Below are positions 1 to 9,015 of a stretch of 64,000 bases of DNA, in pieces. The stretch lies in the IMG/VR virus record IMGVR_UViG_3300033183_000491, positions 124,001 to 188,000 of that record; one strand, 5' to 3'. The translations under genes were made by a program, and so were the position numbers. The notes below the pieces were generated by a model. The model saw only the letters and a program-made list of their open reading frames with translations, was not told the DNA's origin and did no database searches. Numbering within the stretch: the stretch's first letter is position 1; the number at the start of each line of letters is the position of its first letter.

Positions 1-24
1 ATAATTCCAATGTTTCTTTTTTTA

Positions 25-2019
25 TTATGATTCTTCGCCATCATCACTTCCCTTATTTTCAAACATATTATCGTCTATAATTATATCATAATCTTTGTCG
101 TTATTTTCTTTTAATAATTTATTTGTATTAATATTTAAAGAATCAGACATTCTTTCTAAATCTTTTGACATTCTAAAAGAGATTTGTTTATCAATAAAAT
201 CATTAATAACCGGACTTTGTGGCATTACATTGTCATTAAGTCCTGAAGAATAAAGCCCTAAACTTTCAGATGAATCTACTGATATTGGATTTAGAGTTCC
301 ACCGTAACCTTTTTCAGACGAAGCTGATGCGAGTGGGTTTTGTGATTTTCCTTTTTTCTTAGAGGCTACTCTTGTAAATTTACCTCTAGTTTTTGGTGAA
401 GCTTTTATCGGGTTTTTATCATTGTTTGATCCCGCATTTTTCATATCTTCAGCGTCCATTTCTTCAATCATTTCGTCATATTGAGAAAGTTCTTCTTCAG
501 ACATTAAATTACCATTTTTAATCTCTCCAGAGAATAAATCAACTCCCCCACCTATTTCTTCAGGGGCTTGTTGATCTTGTTGACCTTCATCACCAAAAAT
601 ATCTGAATCTGACTCTGGGAGCTGTAATCCTTCTAGCTCCATTTCTCTAAGTTTGTCTTTTTCTCTACCTTTTTCAATTCGAGAAATTTCATCATCGTTA
701 AGGTCAATAATATGTTTTCTAATCCACTCTCTATCTACAAAACCTTCGGGAGCTTGAGAAGCTATTTCAAATTTAGTTCTTATTAGCTCTAGTTTTTGTT
801 GTTGAGCAACACTTGAAGGATTACAAAGTTTAAGCTCGAAGTCTAAAATAGATTCATTTGTATAACCATGTGAATATAAATGAATCATTGCTATTTTGTT
901 TAATTCAGATATTAATGTTTTTTGAATTCTTTGAATAGTTCTACTGAATCTGATATCTTCTTGTGCAAGAGTTGCTTTAGACCCGATGTCTTCATCATAA
1001 CCCAAATAAGCTTTAGGAATTTTAAGTGCAGCAAATAGTTTTTTCTGAATATATTCAACATCTTCGATCGCTGTAGTATTTGAACCTCCAGCGAGTGTAT
1101 CAATCCTTGTTCCACTTTCTCCACCTCTTACTGGTAAGAAATAATCTTCATCAACTGAAAGTGGGTTATATCTTAAGTCTACTTGTCCTGTATTTTTGTC
1201 GACAACTGCATTTCTTTTAAGAGAACTTTGAGCTTGTTCAAGATAGTCAGATATATTTTCAGGAGGAATATTACCTACGTCAATATAAAAAACTCTTCTT
1301 TCAGGAGATCTAATGACTCTGTAAACAAGCATGGCATCTTCAATAAGGATTAATTGACGCCAGACTCTTCTTGCTCCTTCAAGTACAGAAGCTCCATAAG
1401 GTAAAAATGCGTCATTACCTAGAAGTCTAAAGTGAGAAACTTGCCAGTTTTCTAAAACTCTATTTCCTTGTGTAACCCATCTAAAGCGGACTGCACCCGG
1501 ATCATCAGGGTCAAATCCTTCTTCTCTTTCAATCTCAGAAATAGGAATTGGAAAACAATTAACAACACCAAATTCAGGATGAATATCATTAAACAGAAAG
1601 AAATCTCCATATTTACATAAGTTTCTTACCCACATAACGAGATTAAAGTCAATATTAAGAGTATCATAAAAAAGTTCGTTTAGAAGTTTTTTGATCATTC
1701 TGTTTTCTGAATAGATGTTTAGTATATTACCTTCAACATCAGGAGAAACACATTCTTCAGCATAAATGTCTAACGCCGAAGCTATTTCTGGTGTTCCTTC
1801 CATTTCTGAAAAGTCTGAATATCTTGCCATTCTGTCATAAGAACCGTAAGCTCTAAGAGTACTATTATAAACATCACTGTGAGCTTTTTTAAAAACTTCT
1901 AACGAAGATTTTGAATATGATTGCTTATTTAAGTTTTTAACTTTTCTTTTAACAACAGGACCTGATCTAAAAAGGTCTGTTAGTTTTTTGAATAAGTTAT
2001 TATTACTTTTATCTGCCAT
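25..2019 (-). CDS. gp20: Portal protein, T4 gp20-like, with long acidic/low-complexity C-terminal extension
   Basis: gp20 hallmark motifs EDAMLVYRVIRSPERRVFYIDVGNIP, EDYFLPVRGG, DVEYIQKKLFAALKIPKAYL and EDIRFSRTIQRIQ; directly downstream of TerL. Confidence 0.95.
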   Translation of the reverse strand: MADKSNNNLFKKLTDLFRSGPVVKRKVKNLNKQSYSKSSLEVFKKAHSDVYNSTLRAYGSYDRMARYSDFSEMEGTPEIASALDIYAEECVSPDVEGNILNIYSENRMIKKLLNELFYDTLNIDFNLVMWVRNLCKYGDFFLFNDIHPEFGVVNCFPIPISEIEREEGFDPDDPGAVRFRWVTQGNRVLENWQVSHFRLLGNDAFLPYGASVLEGARRVWRQLILIEDAMLVYRVIRSPERRVFYIDVGNIPPENISDYLEQAQSSLKRNAVVDKNTGQVDLRYNPLSVDEDYFLPVRGGESGTRIDTLAGGSNTTAIEDVEYIQKKLFAALKIPKAYLGYDEDIGSKATLAQEDIRFSRTIQRIQKTLISELNKIAMIHLYSHGYTNESILDFELKLCNPSSVAQQQKLELIRTKFEIASQAPEGFVDREWIRKHIIDLNDDEISRIEKGREKDKLREMELEGLQLPESDSDIFGDEGQQDQQAPEEIGGGVDLFSGEIKNGNLMSEEELSQYDEMIEEMDAEDMKNAGSNNDKNPIKASPKTRGKFTRVASKKKGKSQNPLASASSEKGYGGTLNPISVDSSESLGLYSSGLNDNVMPQSPVINDFIDKQISFRMSKDLERMSDSLNINTNKLLKENNDKDYDIIIDDNMFENKGSDDGEES

Positions 2020-2022
2020 CTT

Positions 2023-3657
2023 TTATTTCCTTATTAGCCAACTTAAATCTCCTAAGGGATTTCTTGGTGTTGGACGACCATTTTTATTATTATTAAAACT
2101 ACTTTGGGGCATAAAAACAGGAATCATAGGATTAACGCTATTTTGATTATTATTATAAAAAGGAGACATAGCAGTGTTATTAATATTTGTATTATTTATT
2201 TCCATACCTTTTAAAATAGCATCTGCTTGCTCAATTTGAGTAATATTATAAGTACTAGAATTATTATCTGCTAACCAGCATCCAATTGCTATTGACATTA
2301 TTAAATCGTCATTATAGCCTTTCATAGCAGTTATTTTTTTACCATTCCAAATAAAAGTTTTAAGCTCTTGGTATAACCTTGTAGAATATGTTTTAATTCT
2401 ACCATTTCTTAAACTTTCTTCTAGATTGGCTAATATTTTATCTCTACTCTCTTTACTAGTTGTAAATCCTGCTTTACCAATATTGTTCCCTTCACCATAA
2501 AGATAAGAGTATTTTTCTTTTTCTTTTGCAAAATAAATGTTTTTATAACCTAGTTCACTTAATTTAACAAGCATAGTATAACCATATGCATTGTTTTCAG
2601 GACAAACCATAGCAGTGTTAAATCTCTTTGCAGCGTCATAAACAAGAGAAGCAAATTGATCTGGTGGTATTTTTCCTTTAAATTCGCATGATACTGAAAG
2701 TGTTTTGTTATTTATAATATGAAATGTAGAATAGTCTCCACTATCTCCTCTCGCTATATCAGCAGAAAGTGTATAATTTATTCCTTCAATTGGATATTCC
2801 CAATACCAAACGTTATTATTTGGACCACTTTTTTCGATCGGATTTTTTGTTAGCATCCTTATATTTTCTAATATATCATTTCCTAAGAAAGTATCACCTG
2901 AAGATGAGAAGTCGCAGAGAAGCTCTTGTGCAACCTGCTTTTTAGACATGTTTTTAGTTTCTTTTTCAAACCATTCATCATCTCTTTCAGGGTGAACATC
3001 CCACATAAGTTTTATAGGATTAAACTTATTTTCTTTTCTTTCAGCTTTAGTATATATTTCATGATATTGACCACCAACACCATTTGGTGTAGATAATAAA
3101 ATAGCCCTACCACCTGTTGATAATGTTGGATAAAGACCCATCCATAACTCATCAAAATTTCTTACAAAAGCAGCCTCGTCTACAATTAAAAGAGAAAGTG
3201 CTTCAGAACGTCCTGCATCTTCTGAAGTTGGGACTGCTTTTATTTGTGATCCATTTGAAAATTCTATTTGTTGTTTATTGTTTGAAACAATTACTGGGAC
3301 TAACAACCATTTAGGAATTGAATTTATATAAGTTTTTACTTTTCTTATAAAGTTTTGAGCAACTGCTAATTTTGTTGCAATTACAAGAATATTTTTTTCT
3401 TTATAAAAAACTGCTTGCCAAACAGCATATGCAGCAACTAAAGTTGACAAACCTAATTGTCTAGATTTTAAAACGATATTAAACCTGTGATTATTAAAAT
3501 CTTTAACACATTCATCTTGAAAAGGAAAAGTATTAAATCTAATCAAGCCTTTTAATGGATGTTGTATTTTTAAATACTTGTTCATGAAATAAACAGGGTC
3601 TTTACCACACTTTATTATTTCAGCGACTTGACCATTTTTGGACTTGATATTAGACAT
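2023..3657 (-). CDS. terL: Terminase large subunit, T4 gp17-like
   Basis: Walker A region LKSRQLGLST, Walker B LLIVDEAAF, STPNG coupling motif, RNase H-like nuclease motifs SADIARGDSGDYS, PENNAYG and YNDDLIMS. Confidence 0.96.
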   Translation of the reverse strand: MSNIKSKNGQVAEIIKCGKDPVYFMNKYLKIQHPLKGLIRFNTFPFQDECVKDFNNHRFNIVLKSRQLGLSTLVAAYAVWQAVFYKEKNILVIATKLAVAQNFIRKVKTYINSIPKWLLVPVIVSNNKQQIEFSNGSQIKAVPTSEDAGRSEALSLLIVDEAAFVRNFDELWMGLYPTLSTGGRAILLSTPNGVGGQYHEIYTKAERKENKFNPIKLMWDVHPERDDEWFEKETKNMSKKQVAQELLCDFSSSGDTFLGNDILENIRMLTKNPIEKSGPNNNVWYWEYPIEGINYTLSADIARGDSGDYSTFHIINNKTLSVSCEFKGKIPPDQFASLVYDAAKRFNTAMVCPENNAYGYTMLVKLSELGYKNIYFAKEKEKYSYLYGEGNNIGKAGFTTSKESRDKILANLEESLRNGRIKTYSTRLYQELKTFIWNGKKITAMKGYNDDLIMSIAIGCWLADNNSSTYNITQIEQADAILKGMEINNTNINNTAMSPFYNNNQNSVNPMIPVFMPQSSFNNNKNGRPTPRNPLGDLSWLIRK

Positions 3658-3660
3658 TTT

Positions 3661-4038
3661 TTACTTAACCTCGTAAGTATATGTACATGTATATTTTAAT
3701 TTTCTATGAGGACTAAAAGGACTAACTGTTAATGTCTCAAAAGAGTCTTTATCTGATAGTTTTAGTGCTTTTAATGTTCTTCCTGAACATTTTTTAAATT
3801 CTTCTTTAATAGTTCTTAATCTAGACTTAATCATCTCGTCAGACTCTTTTTTAAGACCTACGACCTGATAATGGAGATCTGTTTCCCTAGAAGAGTTTAA
3901 AATAGTCATATAACTAATATGTAATTGGTCACCTGCTAATTTTGCTATTGTTTTTCTAGAGCCATCTTCTGATGTATAATTGTAAACATTGTCTATAGAG
4001 CTTCTTAGACCTTCTAAAACATCATATTCCATCTTCAT
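3661..4038 (-). CDS. Hypothetical protein, first gene of the terL-portal unit
   Basis: 125-aa ORF with SD AAGGA and an upstream ATAATTA/TATAAATA motif; 3-nt gap to terL. Confidence 0.75.
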   Translation of the reverse strand: MKMEYDVLEGLRSSIDNVYNYTSEDGSRKTIAKLAGDQLHISYMTILNSSRETDLHYQVVGLKKESDEMIKSRLRTIKEEFKKCSGRTLKALKLSDKDSFETLTVSPFSPHRKLKYTCTYTYEVK

Positions 4039-4061
4039 TTTCCTTTTAATATATTTATAAA

Positions 4062-4068
4062 TAATTAT
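4062..4068 (-). promoter_or_regulatory. Candidate late promoter ATAATTA, overlapping the TATTTATAAATA palindrome at 4052-4063
   Basis: 23 nt upstream of ATG 4038, the head of the terL-portal unit. Confidence 0.55.
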
Positions 4069-4101
4069 TACTTTGTAATAGTATTTATTAGATCTTCATA
4101 T

Positions 4102-4335
4102 TTAATCTTTATTTTCTTCAAAATCATAGTAATATAGATTATAACAAGATTCACATACATTGTGTTCTTTTATGTATTCAACGTCTTCAACAGAAGATAT
4201 TAAAATTTTACAATTTTTACAGTCTAAAGATAAAGGTTTATCGCCTGCAGGCCTGATGAATTTGATGTCATTTAGAATCAATTCTTCAGTTTCATTATCT
4301 ATTTTTTCCCATTTTTTGTCATGAATAGTAGACAT
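4102..4335 (-). CDS. Small CxxC-x18-CxxC (putative Zn-binding) protein; start re-called to the ATG at 4335
   Basis: CKNC...CESC; AAGGA lies about 10 nt before ATG 4335; the start overlaps the last codons of the SbcDC fusion; the longer 4398 start is buried in that gene. Confidence 0.6.
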   Translation of the reverse strand: MSTIHDKKWEKIDNETEELILNDIKFIRPAGDKPLSLDCKNCKILISSVEDVEYIKEHNVCESCYNLYYYDFEENKD

Positions 4336-7300
4336 AAGAGTCATTTCCTTTTCTTGTAATTTCAATATTTTTATCAACGATATCTTTAATAGAATCAACG
4401 TGTGATATAATCAAAATAGTTTTAAAATATTTCTTAAGACTTGTTAACAGTCTAGAACAAGATTCTATGTTTGAATCATCTAAAGCACCAAAGCCTTCAT
4501 CTATTATAAAGATATTTGATTTTGGTAACGAAGAAAGATTAATCAAAGCTACTCTAATAGCAATTGAAGTAATCATTTTCTCCATTCCACTTGCACATTC
4601 AATTACTCTCTTAGAATCTCCATAATCAATATAAACATTAAGATTATTACCTTCTTCTTCAAGATTTATATTAAATGAAGACACACCTGAAAGTATTTTA
4701 TTTATTTCTTTATTTAATTGAGGAAGACTATTATTAATAATCATTGTTGGAATTCCTTTTTTAGAAACAGAGTATGTAAATAAATCAAAAGTTTTCCATT
4801 CATCGATAATTTTATAATATTCTATTTTTTCTTTTTCAAGAGATTCAATATTAACTTCTGACGAGTAAATATCTTTACCTAAATTGGTTACAAGATTTTC
4901 TTTGTCGTATATGTCAGAAGATATCTCTTTTAATCTCTGTTTTAATTCTTTTTCTTTTATGATTAAATCATTGTTAGAAATGTCTTCTAATTCAGAACAA
5001 ATAATCTCAAGTCTTTTTAGTTTTTCATTGTTAATATTTATTTTTTCTTCATTAATAGATATTTTTTCTTTATTTCTTTCGAGATCAATATTAATCTTAT
5101 ATTCTTTATTTAAAATGTCGTTGAATTTTTTAATTTTTTCTTCTAGATCTTGTTTTTCAATAGACTTAATTGCTGAAGATATTTCTAGTACATTGTTTTC
5201 GATATCTTTAATTTCAGATACTATAGTTTCAATATTATCTTTTGAAGAATATGCATCTTTAATAAATTTGCAACTTGAGTAATTTTCATCACAAGGAACT
5301 TCTTCTAGGATTTTTAGACTATTTTTGTTTCTTTTAAGTTCTTCATCTAAGAATATTTTATTTCTTTTAATATTGTTTAATTTTAACTTTAAACTGTCTA
5401 ATTTTTCTTTGTCTTCTTTTAAGTTTTCAATTGTATAATTTCTTTTAAAATTATCTATCTTTTCTAAGGACTCTGAATCTAATTCTATTTTTCGATTTAA
5501 AGATACTAATTCTTCATTAAAAGATTTTAGTTTTTCCTTTAAATAGTTTTTTTCTTTATTAGCTTGATCTAATGTATATCCTGATGGGTGTTCATTGCTC
5601 TTTTCAATATTGTTTAGTTCTAATTTAATTTCAATCTCTTTTTCTCTTAAAGAAAAAATAATATCTTTTGTCTTTTGTTTTAAATTTTCAAGATCATCAA
5701 TTTTTTCTTTCTGATTTGAAACAAGATCGTCCCAGTTCTTTTTCTCTAAAGATTTTTGTTTATTCTTTAATACAATATAATCTTCTCTAGAGTTTTTATA
5801 TAAAGAATCATATAAGTCTAATTTAAGAAATTTAGATAAAACTGTTTTTCTAGCTGAAGATTTCTCTTGAATGAATGTATTCATTTGTCCTTGTGAAGCG
5901 AAAGTCGTATAAAGAAAATCTTCGGGAGTTCCTATTAGATTCTTTATTATTTTTTCTGTTTCTCTTCTTTGTTCTTCAGTTTGATTTTCTTCTGAAAAGT
6001 TGTCTAGACTAGAAAGATTTAAATTCGTTATAGATGAAATGTTTCCTTTTTTATCTGTTCTTTTCGTAGTACTTCTTTCAATAGTATATCTTGACTGACC
6101 TATTGATATATCAGCAATTGCTTTACAAGATCCTTTTCTAGTATTTACGATATCTTGGTTTTTTAATGATCCTCTATCAGAACTATTAAATAAACAATAC
6201 ATTAAACTACCAGGAATTGAAGATTTACCAGCTCTATTGTTTCCAAATAAACCTACTACACCTTCAAGATTATCAAAATTAATAAAGTTATCTTTTCCAT
6301 ATGAAAATGTATTATCAAACTTTAAACTATGGACAGACCAATGATTTGAGTTAGAGTCGCTTTTTTCAATTGTTACTTCATCTAAGTACTTAGAATATAA
6401 ATTGTTTACTTCATTAATTCTTTCTTCTTCGACTACATCACCAAAAAAGTCATTCAATAAATCTTTTCTTTTAGAAGAATTAGTTATATTAAAGTTTCTA
6501 TTTACAGTGGTATTTAAACTAGAAGTATCTATTTCATTTTTTCCAGTATTTTGATATACGATTTCTTTAGCAAGCTTGTCTTCTTTTAAATAATGATGTA
6601 AAAGTTTAATTTCAACTTGAGTAATACTGCTATTAGATCTAATTCTGAATCTAGATCCTTTTTTAACTGCCATTATATAGGGAAGAGTTTTCTCAACTGA
6701 TCCTTTCCAGTCAATAGTAATAAATGGATGAGGATTATCTACTGAAATGAATTTACTTTTATAATCGTTTGAGTTTTTAATTTCCCATAAAAGAAATCCT
6801 TTTTTAATGTCTTCACCGTAATTTTGTTGTACTGTTGATCCAGGATAAGCTACTCTTTTTTCGTTATCTAAATACTGTAATTTATGTATATCTCCTAGGA
6901 AAGAAAAGTCGTATCCATCAAAAAAACTTAGATTAACTTCGCCTTCTAGTTCCCAGTCAATATCGGTCTTTGATCCCCATACTGCTCCATGAAAGCATGC
7001 TATATTAATATCACCTTTGATAGGTTTAACTTTATCCCAGTTTTCTTCATCAAAACAAGAAAAAACACACCAATTAAAACCATCTATCCCAGTTGGATAG
7101 ACTCCACTATTTTTATAAAGAAAAATATTATCATTTTTTAATGCGCTGATAATTGGAGAAATTGCGTCTTGTCTATCTTTATTTAAGATTAATCCATCAT
7201 GATTTCCAAGAATAACATGCGTTGGTGCAATACTTGCGAGACTATTAAACCACCATGTTAAATTATCAATAATTTCAGGAGATATTCCTTGTGTTTTAGA

Positions 7301-7447
7301 ATGAACAATGTCACCACCAATAAAAATAATATTTGGTTTTTCTTCTTTTAGTTTTTCAAACAATTTTTCAAATACAGATCTATATTCTTCATGTCTTTTA
7401 AGACCTCTCCAATGAATATCTGATATGTGTGCGCATTTAAAAGTCAT
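4319..7447 (-). CDS. Mre11/SbcD-Rad50/SbcC fusion nuclease-ATPase
   Basis: N-terminal metallophosphoesterase motifs HISDIH, GGDIVH, GNHD, FHG, GDIHK; then Walker A GNNRAGKSS, Q-loop FASQGQ, long coiled coil with central C-x6-C, signature ASGME, Walker B FIIDEGFGALD, H-loop ISH; one uninterrupted ORF. Confidence 0.95.
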   Translation of the reverse strand: MTFKCAHISDIHWRGLKRHEEYRSVFEKLFEKLKEEKPNIIFIGGDIVHSKTQGISPEIIDNLTWWFNSLASIAPTHVILGNHDGLILNKDRQDAISPIISALKNDNIFLYKNSGVYPTGIDGFNWCVFSCFDEENWDKVKPIKGDINIACFHGAVWGSKTDIDWELEGEVNLSFFDGYDFSFLGDIHKLQYLDNEKRVAYPGSTVQQNYGEDIKKGFLLWEIKNSNDYKSKFISVDNPHPFITIDWKGSVEKTLPYIMAVKKGSRFRIRSNSSITQVEIKLLHHYLKEDKLAKEIVYQNTGKNEIDTSSLNTTVNRNFNITNSSKRKDLLNDFFGDVVEEERINEVNNLYSKYLDEVTIEKSDSNSNHWSVHSLKFDNTFSYGKDNFINFDNLEGVVGLFGNNRAGKSSIPGSLMYCLFNSSDRGSLKNQDIVNTRKGSCKAIADISIGQSRYTIERSTTKRTDKKGNISSITNLNLSSLDNFSEENQTEEQRRETEKIIKNLIGTPEDFLYTTFASQGQMNTFIQEKSSARKTVLSKFLKLDLYDSLYKNSREDYIVLKNKQKSLEKKNWDDLVSNQKEKIDDLENLKQKTKDIIFSLREKEIEIKLELNNIEKSNEHPSGYTLDQANKEKNYLKEKLKSFNEELVSLNRKIELDSESLEKIDNFKRNYTIENLKEDKEKLDSLKLKLNNIKRNKIFLDEELKRNKNSLKILEEVPCDENYSSCKFIKDAYSSKDNIETIVSEIKDIENNVLEISSAIKSIEKQDLEEKIKKFNDILNKEYKINIDLERNKEKISINEEKININNEKLKRLEIICSELEDISNNDLIIKEKELKQRLKEISSDIYDKENLVTNLGKDIYSSEVNIESLEKEKIEYYKIIDEWKTFDLFTYSVSKKGIPTMIINNSLPQLNKEINKILSGVSSFNINLEEEGNNLNVYIDYGDSKRVIECASGMEKMITSIAIRVALINLSSLPKSNIFIIDEGFGALDDSNIESCSRLLTSLKKYFKTILIISHVDSIKDIVDKNIEITRKGNDSYVYYS

Positions 7448-7460
7448 CTTGTTCCTTTTG

Positions 7461-8450
7461 TTATAGCATTGCTATTTTTCTTAATAGTAAATCGTCTTCT
7501 TTATATTCTTTTGCGTTTTCTAAACACTCTTTAAACTGTGAATGTGTCATATCACCAACATCTTCAGCAATCCTTGTATCAAGAATATTAACTTTAATAT
7601 CATATTCTTTTAAGTTTTTAGCTATTTTAAGTGATTTAAAATAAACATCTTTATCTAAAGCTAAATTAACTTCTGTTTTATTTTCAACTATTTTTTTAAA
7701 TAATTTCATGTCATAGGTTAACGAAGAACCGAATAAACATGTAGAATTGTCATTTGTTTTAATTAAATCTAAAGGTCCTTCAACTAAAGTTATTGGTCTA
7801 TTCCAATCAATATTCATTTCGTTAAAAATAATATCTTTTTTTGAAACAGATGCATTTTTATATTTAATCGGATTTGAAGAATCAACGTCGATTTTTCTCG
7901 AAGTATAAAAATTAATGTCACCATTTTCATCAAATGAAGGGATAATAAGACATCTAGAAAAATCAGAATCTAAAGAAAATCCTAATCTTAAAAACCACAT
8001 TTTATGTTTGTTAACACCTCTTTTAAGAGCATATTTAAAAACATCACGTATATCTGGGTGTCTTGAGTTAAAATTGTTAGCTAGAAGTTTAAATCCAGTA
8101 GGAATATCAACTTTTTCAATAGTGTCTTCTTCATAAGAATCTTCAAATAGATTTATGTTTAAATCAAACTTTTTATTTTGATTTTTAGACTTGAAAAGTT
8201 TTTTAGCTTCACTAACTTTGCTTTTATTAATTCTACTTACGATATAAGATACATCTGATCCTTTTTTATCACATAACCAGCAATGCCAGTAATTTTTCTC
8301 AAGATGTATAGCTAGTTTTAATTTGTTTTTATTATCATGTTTACAAAAAGGACACCAGATAGAAATGTTTAAACTGTCTTGAGTTAATCGACTATTAGAA
8401 GTTAAACTTTCAATAAAATGTATTTTGTTATGTATTTGTGAGTCTTTCAT
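7461..8450 (-). CDS. DNA primase (Zn-binding domain plus TOPRIM), T4 gp61/DnaG-like; start re-called to the ATG at 8450
   Basis: CPFCKH...WHCWLC zinc-binding domain, TOPRIM LVEGPLD and ALDKD; ATG 8450 overlaps the 3' end of the upstream resolvase gene. Confidence 0.9.
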   Translation of the reverse strand: MKDSQIHNKIHFIESLTSNSRLTQDSLNISIWCPFCKHDNKNKLKLAIHLEKNYWHCWLCDKKGSDVSYIVSRINKSKVSEAKKLFKSKNQNKKFDLNINLFEDSYEEDTIEKVDIPTGFKLLANNFNSRHPDIRDVFKYALKRGVNKHKMWFLRLGFSLDSDFSRCLIIPSFDENGDINFYTSRKIDVDSSNPIKYKNASVSKKDIIFNEMNIDWNRPITLVEGPLDLIKTNDNSTCLFGSSLTYDMKLFKKIVENKTEVNLALDKDVYFKSLKIAKNLKEYDIKVNILDTRIAEDVGDMTHSQFKECLENAKEYKEDDLLLRKIAML

Positions 8451-9015
8451 TATAAAGTGCTGCCTTGCAAATGACATAAGCGTCAGACATATCATAACAA
8501 CACTCATCAAATTTTACACTTCCTTTATTTGGTCCCCTACTAATAACCTTTTCAGGCCAATCAAATTCAAAATTATTCTTTTTAAAATCTTCTTTAACCC
8601 ACTGAAATATTTGTTCTTTTGTTGTTGAATTTAATTGTTTATTTATTTTTATTCCTAGATTCTTTCTAGCGCTGTTAACATTTATATATTCTGGGACCAC
8701 AGAATATACTACAGATGAAATATAAGAAACAATACCATTAAACCTATTAAGTTGAGATAAAGTCTTTGCTGATGAAAATCCTTTGCTAAATGATTGAAAA
8801 CTTTCTTCAATACTCAATTTAACATCTTCCTCAAAAGAATATTTTTCTTTATAACTTGTAAATAGTTCTTTTACTTTATTAGATTTATCGAATATACAAG
8901 ATATCTTCTTTAGATTTATATTCTCTAAATTAACTAAATTACCATTTGAATCTAAAAAAGATACTCCAATAATTGATGTTGATATATCTAGTCCAATATA
9001 TTTTATTTTTTCCAT
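8428..9015 (-). CDS. ruvC: RuvC-like Holliday junction resolvase (RNase H fold)
   Basis: N-terminal IGLDISTSIIG, central SIEESF, C-terminal DMSDAYVI acidic catalytic pattern. Confidence 0.8.
   Translation of the reverse strand: MEKIKYIGLDISTSIIGVSFLDSNGNLVNLENINLKKISCIFDKSNKVKELFTSYKEKYSFEEDVKLSIEESFQSFSKGFSSAKTLSQLNRFNGIVSYISSVVYSVVPEYINVNSARKNLGIKINKQLNSTTKEQIFQWVKEDFKKNNFEFDWPEKVISRGPNKGSVKFDECCYDMSDAYVICKAALYNERLTNT

Noticed and set aside
25-8450. Inteins or group I introns in portal, terminase, MR fusion or primase
   Set aside because: The ORFs are uninterrupted, motif spacing is normal, and no LAGLIDADG/HNH or C...HN splice motifs were seen
7461-8510. ORF-track starts at 8510 (primase), 4398 (Zn protein) and 43465 (DUF1360-like)
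   Set aside because: These N-terminal extensions overlap the upstream gene or the SD and look non-coding; downstream starts at 8450, 4335 and 43483 fit SD spacing or coupling better
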